Virus record (IMG/VR): IMGVR_UViG_3300035701_000044
Coordinates: 1-53,156 of that record
Reading direction: 5' to 3' (one strand)
Source: a virus
Lineage: Duplodnaviria; Caudoviricetes
Length of the DNA: 53,156 bases
The notes beneath the pieces are model-generated. The model was not told the DNA's origin. It worked only from the letters and a program-made list of their open reading frames with translations, and made no database searches. This document shows, one piece after another, positions 8,843 to 16,094 of the stretch. A program made the position numbers and the translations under genes. The stretch's first letter is position 1, and each line of letters opens with the position of its first letter.

Positions 8843-8925
8843 GGCGCGCCTACGTTCTCCTCTCCCAGAGTCTTGGTCATGGTCGATGGGAAGGTCGGTC
8901 ATCTCGTAGGCGCGCCCTTCTTTTT
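8841..8925 (+). terminator. 14-bp perfect inverted repeat with 50-nt loop and U-tract
   Basis: AGGGCGCGCCTACG (8841-8854) / CGTAGGCGCGCCCT (8905-8918), then TCTTTTT. Confidence 0.65.
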
Positions 8926-8929
8926 CACA

Positions 8930-8959
8930 TTCAAAAATCCGAATTATAAGTGGTAAAAT
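8930..8959 (+). promoter_or_regulatory. Extended -10 promoter for putative sRNA
   Basis: TTCAAA-N18-TAAAAT with TG at -15/-14 in an AT-rich island. Confidence 0.55.
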
Positions 8960-8963
8960 GATA

Positions 8964-9040
8964 TGGGAAGTAATTCCCAATTGTGACAGCCGCAAGGTTG
9001 TTACCACGAAGATCCCCACTACCGGGGGTTTTCAGGTTTT
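8964..9040 (+). ncRNA. Candidate ~70-nt structured small RNA (three hairpins, two GNRA loops)
   Basis: TGGGAA-GTAA-TTCCCA; GTGACAGCC-GCAA-GGTTGTTAC; GAAGATCCCC-ACTACC-GGGGGTTTTC; begins where the upstream promoter would initiate. Confidence 0.5.
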
Positions 9041-9050
9041 ACGAAGTAAT

Positions 9051-9830
9051 TTACTTGCCGTAGAGTGAGGTGTGGGCGCTGTCTGCAGCGCCGCTCGTCG
9101 AACCGGGGAACGTTCCGGAACTCGTGGGGGCGGGGGCCTTGTTCTTCAGCATCACCGGCTTGTCAAGGGCGCCACGGCTGATATCGCGCTTGAGGGTGTC
9201 CGCGACGTTCTTCACCGGTTCCATTGGGGGTGCGGCGTCCTGCTTCAACAAGTCAATGGCGGCTTCCTTCAGGGCCAGCTGCACACCCAGGGCGTAGGCT
9301 TCTTTCACGCCGCCCTCACGGAGCTTCATACGGATGAAGGCAGAGGGGCGCTTCTTTTTGGCAGCTATCTTTTCTCCCTTGTTTTCAATCATGGCCTTCT
9401 TGAACTTGTCGATGTGCATCGCGGTAATCGACCGAAAGAAATCTGGCCGGTCGTACTGCTTGAGGTACGCACGCTTGGCCGCTTCAGGAGAATCAAATCC
9501 GATCATGGTCTTGTCTTCGTCGTACTCACCAGGTTTCTTTGGGTGGTCGTTGGGGTGATTCTGATGGACGATGAATACGATCTTGGCGTTGGGGTTCGGG
9601 CCAATGTAGACGTCGAGCTTGTCGCCGTCGGTGCCCTTGCCTCGGACGATTTCGCCGTAGTGGTACTTCATCCGGGTGGACCACGGCTTGCCGCCGCTGT
9701 CTTTCCCCTCGCGGAGAGACCCTGCCAGGTTCTCGACGTTGATCTTGATGCCTTGGATGTCCGCCGTTCCAACGAATGGGAACTTGTCGCGATTCGGTGA
9801 AGGTGGCGGTCCTATATTGACTTCAGCCAT
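9051..9830 (-). CDS. Inorganic-pyrophosphatase-like (polyvalent-protein InPase-type) domain protein with internal leader-like motif
   Basis: YHYGEI..GTDGDKLDVYIG...VHQ...EYDEDKTMIGF..AYL; C-terminal KEAYALGVQLALKEAA. Confidence 0.8.
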   Translation of the reverse strand: MAEVNIGPPPSPNRDKFPFVGTADIQGIKINVENLAGSLREGKDSGGKPWSTRMKYHYGEIVRGKGTDGDKLDVYIGPNPNAKIVFIVHQNHPNDHPKKPGEYDEDKTMIGFDSPEAAKRAYLKQYDRPDFFRSITAMHIDKFKKAMIENKGEKIAAKKKRPSAFIRMKLREGGVKEAYALGVQLALKEAAIDLLKQDAAPPMEPVKNVADTLKRDISRGALDKPVMLKNKAPAPTSSGTFPGSTSGAADSAHTSLYGK

Positions 9831-9835
9831 GCCCA

Positions 9836-9865
9836 AATAGTAGGGCAGTCGGGGCAACGATGCAA
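9836..9865 (-). promoter_or_regulatory. Sigma70-like promoter, leaderless
   Basis: TTGCAT-N17-TACTAT (CCTACTATT); ATG 9830 lies 6 nt downstream. Confidence 0.8.
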
Positions 9866-9866
9866 C

Positions 9867-10343
9867 CTAGATGATGGGTGTGACGACTGGTCCTGGGAAC
9901 GTTGCTGTGCCCCCCTGGTTGCAGCTATGAATCGCGGTTGCGAAGGCAAGACAGGCAGCTGGAGCGGGCACGTTGCCGGAGGTGTTGGCTAAAGCTACTT
10001 CAGTGATGTCTGCAGAAATTTTCGAGAGCGTTGGGGGAGGCGTGATTGCGGTGGCCAGGGGGAAGAACGCGACTGGTGCTGCGGACAGAGCTGCCCAGAA
10101 TGCGATGATGGCTTTCTGGATGGCCAGGGGGCCGGCGTCGGGGGCTGACATCCCAACAAGTGCTGCACGCATGGTTTGCGCTGGAGGTCCTGCGAGGGCG
10201 GGGGCAACAATGGGTATTCCCGCTGAGGCCATTCCGAAGTACTGAAGCCAGGCGAGCATCCAGCCCTCGAGTGCTTCGGGCTCGGTATTCTTGAAACCGA
10301 TTGCAACGAGCCCATCGGCCAGGTCTTTGGGGAGCATCGGCAT
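9867..10343 (-). CDS. Ala/Pro-rich hypothetical protein, possibly virion-associated
   Basis: 158-aa ORF with own promoter. Confidence 0.7.
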   Translation of the reverse strand: MPMLPKDLADGLVAIGFKNTEPEALEGWMLAWLQYFGMASAGIPIVAPALAGPPAQTMRAALVGMSAPDAGPLAIQKAIIAFWAALSAAPVAFFPLATAITPPPTLSKISADITEVALANTSGNVPAPAACLAFATAIHSCNQGGTATFPGPVVTPII

Positions 10344-10349
10344 TTCCGA

Positions 10350-10388
10350 AGCATAGCCGATTCGAAAACTCGATGCACCTTTTTTTTT
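10350..10388 (-). promoter_or_regulatory. Promoter with A-tract (UP-like), leaderless
   Basis: A9 tract, GTGCAT-N17-TATGCT, ATG 10343 lies 6 nt downstream. Confidence 0.55.
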
Positions 10389-10431
10389 AGTTTAGTCTTG
10401 AGATCAATGAGTTACGACCAAGTGTCTGGGA

Positions 10432-10461
10432 TTGTGCTAAATCCGTGAATGACCTACTATT
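10432..10461 (+). promoter_or_regulatory. Sigma70-like promoter for the + strand accessory operon
   Basis: TTGTGC-N17-TACTAT (CCTACTATT). Confidence 0.8.
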
Positions 10462-10487
10462 ACCGTTGACCAAGATGGGAGGAAGAG

Positions 10488-10991
10488 ATGATGCCGAACG
10501 AGGAAAAAGTGCCGGAAAAACAGACCTCTAGCAAGCGTTCGAAGCTCAACATGATTGCCCTTTGGACTGCGGCACTTACAGCACTCGGTTCGCAGGGGAT
10601 TCCGAAGGTCGTCGAGCTGCTCAACAACAAGCCGTCGGTCGAGCAAGTCCAGCAGATGATTGCGACGCAGACCGAAGACCTGACGAAAAAGTTCAACGAG
10701 CTCGTCGATGCGCTCACAGGGCTCACTGGAAAGGTCGCTGACGCACAAAAACAAGCTGGGGACCTGACTGCCAAAGTCTCTCGCGTCGAGGGGGCTACAG
10801 AGCTGATTGAGAAGGTTCTTCCGGGGTGCTGCACGAAGACGCAGGCCGTAGAGCAGCTCAAGACTGCGGCGCCGGCGCCGTCTCCCGAGAAGGCAGTTGA
10901 GTTGAAGACCGCAGTGAAGGAAACCCGGGACATCAAGAAGAAGTTTCGCAAGGCAAACGAATTCAAAGCACAGCAGGTGCTGGGAGAATAG
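10488..10991 (+). CDS. N-terminal membrane anchor plus coiled-coil protein (possibly spanin-like)
   Basis: GGAGG SD; hydrophobic MIALWTAALTALG segment then heptads. Confidence 0.65.
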   Translation: MMPNEEKVPEKQTSSKRSKLNMIALWTAALTALGSQGIPKVVELLNNKPSVEQVQQMIATQTEDLTKKFNELVDALTGLTGKVADAQKQAGDLTAKVSRVEGATELIEKVLPGCCTKTQAVEQLKTAAPAPSPEKAVELKTAVKETRDIKKKFRKANEFKAQQVLGE

Positions 10992-11000
10992 GAGAGAGCC

Positions 11001-11174
11001 ATGGCTACATGGGCAGCGACGAAAGTCGAAGTGGACAGGATGGCAACTCCTCCGGAGCAGCCGATGGTCAAGCTCGCGGCAGCGCTGCAGGCTGTTGCCA
11101 CGGCGGGTGGGACGCTTGTGGCGGTGTGCCAGGACATCACCGACAGTTCCTGGGTGTTGGTGTACTACACCTAG
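11001..11174 (+). CDS. 57-aa protein, tandem paralog A (not in ORF track)
   Basis: AGGAGA SD; MATWAATKVEVDR...LQAV...QDITDSSWVLVYYT. Confidence 0.75.
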   Translation: MATWAATKVEVDRMATPPEQPMVKLAAALQAVATAGGTLVAVCQDITDSSWVLVYYT

Positions 11175-11187
11175 TTAGGAGAGCGCC

Positions 11188-11358
11188 ATGGCAACGTGGC
11201 TGACGCGTAAAGTGAAGGTGGACAGGGCGGCTCTCGAAGAGCCACTGCCCAGGCTTGTGGTAGAGCTGCAGGCCATCGATGACGCCGGAGACACGGTTGT
11301 GGGGGTGCGGCAAGATGCCTCCGATGGCTCGTGGGTCATCTACTACACCACGCCGTAG
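11188..11358 (+). CDS. 56-aa protein, tandem paralog B (not in ORF track)
   Basis: AGGAGA SD; MATWLTRKVKVDR...LQAI...QDASDGSWVIYYT. Confidence 0.75.
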   Translation: MATWLTRKVKVDRAALEEPLPRLVVELQAIDDAGDTVVGVRQDASDGSWVIYYTTP

Positions 11359-11367
11359 GAGGATGCC

Positions 11368-11871
11368 TTGTACCGCTACGCCTACAACCTCGGTTCGAAC
11401 TTGGCCCTCGCCGCTGCTGGCTTCAAGATGGCCGCGGCCGAGCGCATGGCTGAAGACGAAGCTCGGAAGCTTGGTGAGCGCATTGGCATCGACTGGGACA
11501 CGGCTGAGTTCACCGTTGCTGCTTTCGCCCAGGGCTGCCAGGTTGAGCTCGAGCACGGGAGCCGGGATCCCCAGACCAACGTAACCAGCAACGATGAGGA
11601 GGCCACGGGGAAGATAGCCTGGGCGCATCTGAAAGAGGACCCGGAGTACTACACCAAGTTGGCCAAGATGGAGAAGACGGCCAATACGCTTGACGGGGAG
11701 TCGAGCGAGGCCATTGACAAAACGAAGGTCATCGAGTGGTTCAAGAAGAACCCCAATCCCCAGGACTCGGCGGTGCACTCGTTCGCCAAAGAGATGGGGT
11801 ACAATCCGCACGCACTCGAGGGCGTCATCTACGAGTTGGCAACCAAGGCTGTGCAGGGAATGGGGATGTGA
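11368..11871 (+). CDS. Leader-bearing DUF5661-like protein
   Basis: AYNLGSNLALAAAGFKMA leader; GCQVELEHG..TNVT...KIAWAHLKEDPEYYTKL motif. Confidence 0.75.
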   Translation: MYRYAYNLGSNLALAAAGFKMAAAERMAEDEARKLGERIGIDWDTAEFTVAAFAQGCQVELEHGSRDPQTNVTSNDEEATGKIAWAHLKEDPEYYTKLAKMEKTANTLDGESSEAIDKTKVIEWFKKNPNPQDSAVHSFAKEMGYNPHALEGVIYELATKAVQGMGM

Positions 11872-11874
11872 ACT

Positions 11875-12348
11875 GTGCTGGAGCGCTACTACCAAATGGG
11901 AATCCAGAGCTGTTTGGAAAAATTCGCAGCAGCTGTCGCCAACATCGAGTCTGCGAAGATCAAGCCGATTGAGCTGGTTGGCTCCGCACTGACCGTTTGG
12001 TTGGTCGACGGCACGCGCATTCGCGACGAGATTTCTCCAGACTTCATTGGTGGTGGGCATCACTTCGTGTATCCCTGGATCCCCGAGAACGAGATTTTTA
12101 TTGAGGTAAGTACTCCTGCCGCGGACCGCGATGCTTATATCTTGCACGAGTTGCGCGAGCGGGCGATGATGATTCGAGGGATGGAGTACGAGGCAGCGCA
12201 TGAGATGGCGACACAACTTGAGCAACACGTCCGGGACAACCCCGGGGCGATGGCAGGGGCTTTGACCGCGGCCATTGCTCAGAACGAACGACTTCCGGCT
12301 GAGGGTGTGAAGCCAGTAAAAGAAGACGGCGCGAAGCGGAGAGCTTGA
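11875..12348 (+). CDS. Leader-bearing protein with HExxE...H putative metal-binding motif
   Basis: YYQMGIQSCLEKFA leader variant; ILHELRER...YEAAH. Confidence 0.7.
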   Translation: MLERYYQMGIQSCLEKFAAAVANIESAKIKPIELVGSALTVWLVDGTRIRDEISPDFIGGGHHFVYPWIPENEIFIEVSTPAADRDAYILHELRERAMMIRGMEYEAAHEMATQLEQHVRDNPGAMAGALTAAIAQNERLPAEGVKPVKEDGAKRRA

Positions 12349-12758
12349 TGGCGTTCCAGGCACGATTTGGGTTGAGGTACAACGATATCCGTGCGGCCGA
12401 CTGTTCGTCGTCTGAAGCGGTTGGTGATTTCGTTTACGTGTCGGGGCCGCAGGTGTCGAACCGGGACCAGGTGCGAAAGGCAAGCCCGGCGGACTACGAC
12501 AAGATGCCGGCAGTCGGAGTGATTATTAGCAAATCGTCCTCGACGACGTGCTTGGTGCAGTGGATGGGTGAGACCCCGCCGATTTTCTCGGGGCTCTCAT
12601 CGGGAGAGACCTACTTCTTGGGCGCCGACGCTCGTTTGGCCGAACGGCCGCCGGTGCCCGTGAGTGGGTACATGTTTGCGCAACCCATCGCTGTTGCTCT
12701 GGCGGCAGACCGTGCATACATCCGTCCAGAGAACACGATAATTCAAAGGATCGCGTAA
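12348..12758 (+). CDS. Putative capsid cement/decoration-like beta protein
   Basis: GDFVYV...AVGVII...YFL pattern resembling the C-terminal domain of 13275-14939. Confidence 0.55.
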   Translation: MAFQARFGLRYNDIRAADCSSSEAVGDFVYVSGPQVSNRDQVRKASPADYDKMPAVGVIISKSSSTTCLVQWMGETPPIFSGLSSGETYFLGADARLAERPPVPVSGYMFAQPIAVALAADRAYIRPENTIIQRIA

Positions 12759-12779
12759 ATGTCAAAGCGAGGAAAGACC

Positions 12780-13253
12780 ATGACCAAAGAGAACCTGTAC
12801 AAGATTCCGGATGTGCCGCCTCCAGCGCCTGTAACGGCGCCAGCGCTGCCTGCGCTTCCCATTCCGGCCGTAGACGCCAATCCTCCGGAGGGTATCCCGC
12901 ACGCGGGCGGAGGGATATCGGATCCGCTGATGGCTCTTCGCCTGGCTTTCCTGCAAGAGAAGGTCACGAGGCTCCAGGCTCAGCTCTCGGGGTATAAGCT
13001 CTTGTTTGAACAGCGCCGCAAGGAGCTCGAAGAGATACGCTTCGCGACGTTGACCAAGGCTGACCGCGACCTGAGCACAGCGGGCGCAGAGTATAAGGCA
13101 ACGATAGACGAAATCGAAAAGAAGCACGGAATCGTGATGGATCACTACACGTTCGACCCCGACACGGGAATGCTCAATCTGATTGCGGACCAGACCGGGT
13201 CCACTTCTACCCATGACCAACCTGACGAGAAACCCAAGGAAACGCTCCAATAA
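12780..13253 (+). CDS. Pro-rich/coiled-coil hypothetical protein
   Basis: GAGGA SD; heptad region. Confidence 0.7.
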   Translation: MTKENLYKIPDVPPPAPVTAPALPALPIPAVDANPPEGIPHAGGGISDPLMALRLAFLQEKVTRLQAQLSGYKLLFEQRRKELEEIRFATLTKADRDLSTAGAEYKATIDEIEKKHGIVMDHYTFDPDTGMLNLIADQTGSTSTHDQPDEKPKETLQ

Positions 13254-13274
13254 CGGAGCGGAAGGAGTGGAATC

Positions 13275-14939
13275 ATGGCTGGCGAATACAGGATTCTTCG
13301 GATCACGACAGATGGGTACCCGGCGGAAATCAGCCCGTCGGGTGGCACCGCCATCGAAACCCCAGGAATTTTGCTGGGTGGCGACATCGTAGCGGGAGGC
13401 ACCCACAGCGTCACAGGGTTGGCCGCTGGCGATGCCGACGGCGACGCGCTGTCCTTCGGGCAGAGCGGAGCCAACTTGGCGGGTCTGAGCATCGACACCA
13501 GCCCGCTGAACATGAACGGGCAGGCGATCAACGACGTGGCGGCGCCCTCCGGCGCGGGTGACGCCACTAACAAGGCGTATGTGGACGCCATCGTGATTGG
13601 CGGCGGCCCCGTCAAGGAGCCGCTTTTCGACGCCATGCAGATGAGCGATGCTGAGGGCATTCTGGCTGGCGAGGCGCTGTACTTCACAGCACAACCCGCA
13701 GTCGGTGACCATGTGAAGATCGATGATGGCACGAACAGCGAGAACTACGTGTTCGTCGCCAACATCGTGGCCGAGGCGGGGCCGCTCGATGTGTCACGTG
13801 AGTCCAGCGCGGCGACCGCCCTGAACCGCCTGATGATTCGCATCAACGCGGGGAGCGCGTACTGGAAGGGCGTGTACGAGGCGACTGCCCACGCGGACAT
13901 CCACACCCCCTGTGCGTTCATCTACGATCAGACCACCGACGCCAGCCCGAGCACGAGCCGCATCTACGCGCCCACCCAGGGCAACGCCAACCTGATGCTC
14001 GTCCCGTTCACTTCGGGGACCACGACTCTCGTGTTCTTGCCGTACACCTACAAGACGGCGGGAGCCAGCTTGGCCACCGATCCTGGCTACCGGCGGTTCG
14101 GCTTGAACCGTGACACCGCCAGCCTCACCGACGGTGAAATCCACCTCGACCTGGGCACGGACAACCTGTACTCCTGGAACGGCGATGCGAGCACCTGGTT
14201 CCAGATGAGCGGTCCTGGCAGCATTCCGCTGGCGACCGCTGCCTCTGGTGGTGGTGTGGTCGGCCGGGTCGGGTTCGACAAGGACTACGGCTTGGATGTG
14301 ACCGTAGGCGGCATTGCCAAGGTCACCATCACCCCGAGCATGGGCTTGCAGTTCCACCCGGCAGCCGACGCCGACAAGGGCAAGTTGGAAATCCTGCTCG
14401 CCGGAACGCACCGGTTGATTCAGGGCGTCGCGGGCCTGGACGTGGAGGGGCTGCCCCTCTCGTTCTGGATCAACGGCGTCCAGGTCAGCGCGAACTTCAC
14501 GGCCGCTGCCGCAACCGAATTGACCGGCGGCGGGGCGACCACCCTGCACAGTCACGCGGGTGCGACCGCGGCGCAGAACATCACGAACAACTTCACGACC
14601 ACCGGTGCCTGTGCCAAGGGCGACCCGATGTTCTGGTCGAGCACCAACAACAAGATCGACGTGTGCGACGCCGCGACCGACGGCAAGCAGTGGGCGATTG
14701 GCGTGGCGATGGCCACTCTGGGCGTCGCTGGTACGGTGGACGTGGTGAGCAACGGCCACAGTGCGGCGGCAGTTCTGCCGGGTGCCGTCACGGCTGGGAT
14801 GCGTATCTTCCTGGCCGCGGGGCATGGCCTGACCAAGACCGCTCCCGTGGGCAGCGGAAACCACGTCATGCAGATGGGCTTCGCAGAGAACGCCGCGGAT
14901 CTGTTCGTACAGATCCAGTACATGGGCAAGAAGGCGTAG
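13275..14939 (+). CDS. Virion fibre/structural protein
   Basis: Gly/Ala/Thr-rich, GDATNKAYVD fibre-type motif, TLHSH, C-terminal cement-like domain; strong GC3 bias. Confidence 0.7.
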   Translation: MAGEYRILRITTDGYPAEISPSGGTAIETPGILLGGDIVAGGTHSVTGLAAGDADGDALSFGQSGANLAGLSIDTSPLNMNGQAINDVAAPSGAGDATNKAYVDAIVIGGGPVKEPLFDAMQMSDAEGILAGEALYFTAQPAVGDHVKIDDGTNSENYVFVANIVAEAGPLDVSRESSAATALNRLMIRINAGSAYWKGVYEATAHADIHTPCAFIYDQTTDASPSTSRIYAPTQGNANLMLVPFTSGTTTLVFLPYTYKTAGASLATDPGYRRFGLNRDTASLTDGEIHLDLGTDNLYSWNGDASTWFQMSGPGSIPLATAASGGGVVGRVGFDKDYGLDVTVGGIAKVTITPSMGLQFHPAADADKGKLEILLAGTHRLIQGVAGLDVEGLPLSFWINGVQVSANFTAAAATELTGGGATTLHSHAGATAAQNITNNFTTTGACAKGDPMFWSSTNNKIDVCDAATDGKQWAIGVAMATLGVAGTVDVVSNGHSAAAVLPGAVTAGMRIFLAAGHGLTKTAPVGSGNHVMQMGFAENAADLFVQIQYMGKKA

Positions 14940-14976
14940 TAGTTCGACGCCTTTCGGTACAGATGGGATGAACCGG

Positions 14977-15009
14977 GCGTGGCGGAGTAACTCTCCGCCA
15001 CGCTCTTAG
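14977..15009 (+). terminator. Hairpin after fibre gene
   Basis: GCGTGGCGGAG-TAACT-CTCCGCCACGC then TCTT. Confidence 0.6.
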
Positions 15010-15023
15010 CCCTGGAGTGTGGC

Positions 15024-15563
15024 GTGTCCCTGGACAAGATCCATCCCCTGAAAATGGAGTCCATCGCTTCTGGTGGGGATTCAGAGGACGACTACCCGAC
15101 CAGTGCGGATTCCAACCACGATTACATGGATGTTCGGGGCGTGGTCATTCAGAACGACGTGTCCAACGATGACACTGTTGTCGTTGGACGCGACTCTTCA
15201 AGCAATCTGACTCTTCAGGACGCAATCACCGGAGCAAAGACCCTGGCCCAACTTGCGGCTGGCACGGGCATGACTCCGGAAACCCACCGGGTGCTTGACC
15301 AGCTTGTTCATGATCTGGCTGAGAACTTCTTCGAGGAGTACACCTACTCGGGTGGGAACGTCACCAACGCCACGACCTGGGAGACTTCGGGCAAGCTGAA
15401 GAAGATCCGCGAGGAGCAGTACACCTACTCCAGCGGCAAGGTGTCCCAAGCCGTTACCATCCAGTACGATGGAAGCGGGAACGAGGTGGAACGCTTGACT
15501 GAAACCTACACGTACTCTGGGAGCAAGATAGCCAGCGTGACGGCGGTGAGGGCCACGCCATGA
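15024..15563 (+). CDS. Putative virion accessory protein
   Basis: GGAG SD; three YTYS repeats; HRVLDQLVH segment paralogous to next gene. Confidence 0.7.
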   Translation: MSLDKIHPLKMESIASGGDSEDDYPTSADSNHDYMDVRGVVIQNDVSNDDTVVVGRDSSSNLTLQDAITGAKTLAQLAAGTGMTPETHRVLDQLVHDLAENFFEEYTYSGGNVTNATTWETSGKLKKIREEQYTYSSGKVSQAVTIQYDGSGNEVERLTETYTYSGSKIASVTAVRATP

Positions 15564-16084
15564 GCATAGTCCAAGTTATCATTGACGACAGCGCGAACAA
15601 GGTCATCACGGGCGTGTGGGTGTTCGATGGTGCGGGCAAGCTGGCCATACCCCACGGTACGAGCTTTCCAACTTCGCCAGAAGCCAACGAGGTTTTTTGG
15701 CGCGATGATGAATCTACGCTGTATAAGCGGAACGCCGACAACGATGCCTGGATGGCGGTGACGGGTTCAGGAATTACCGAGGCGCAGCATAAGGCGCTGC
15801 GGCACCTGATTCATTTCATAGATAACGGCCCTGCTGAGAGCTTTGCTTCTGGCGCGTACCGCGAGATGACCGGGACGGTGTTTCCTACGGCGGTCATCTG
15901 GTACGACAAGGCTGGGGTTGGGAAGAAGAAGATCGTTGAGAAGCTAATTACCTGGACCGGGGTGAACCCGACAACTATCGTGTGGAAAGTGTACGACGCC
16001 AGCGAGACCTTGCTGGCGACGGTCACAGACACGATTTCGTTTACTGGCGTGTTCGAGACTTCTCGGACCCGCACCATTGCGTGA
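15560..16084 (+). CDS. Putative virion accessory protein
   Basis: ATGA coupling; HKALRHLIH segment and beta-rich C-terminus. Confidence 0.7.
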   Translation: MSIVQVIIDDSANKVITGVWVFDGAGKLAIPHGTSFPTSPEANEVFWRDDESTLYKRNADNDAWMAVTGSGITEAQHKALRHLIHFIDNGPAESFASGAYREMTGTVFPTAVIWYDKAGVGKKKIVEKLITWTGVNPTTIVWKVYDASETLLATVTDTISFTGVFETSRTRTIA

Positions 16085-16094
16085 GAGGTAGACC

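Noticed and set aside
8964-9040. Three-hairpin element as a tRNA
   Set aside because: No closing acceptor stem, T-arm GTTC motif or 7-nt anticodon loop; kept only as an unknown sRNA candidate.
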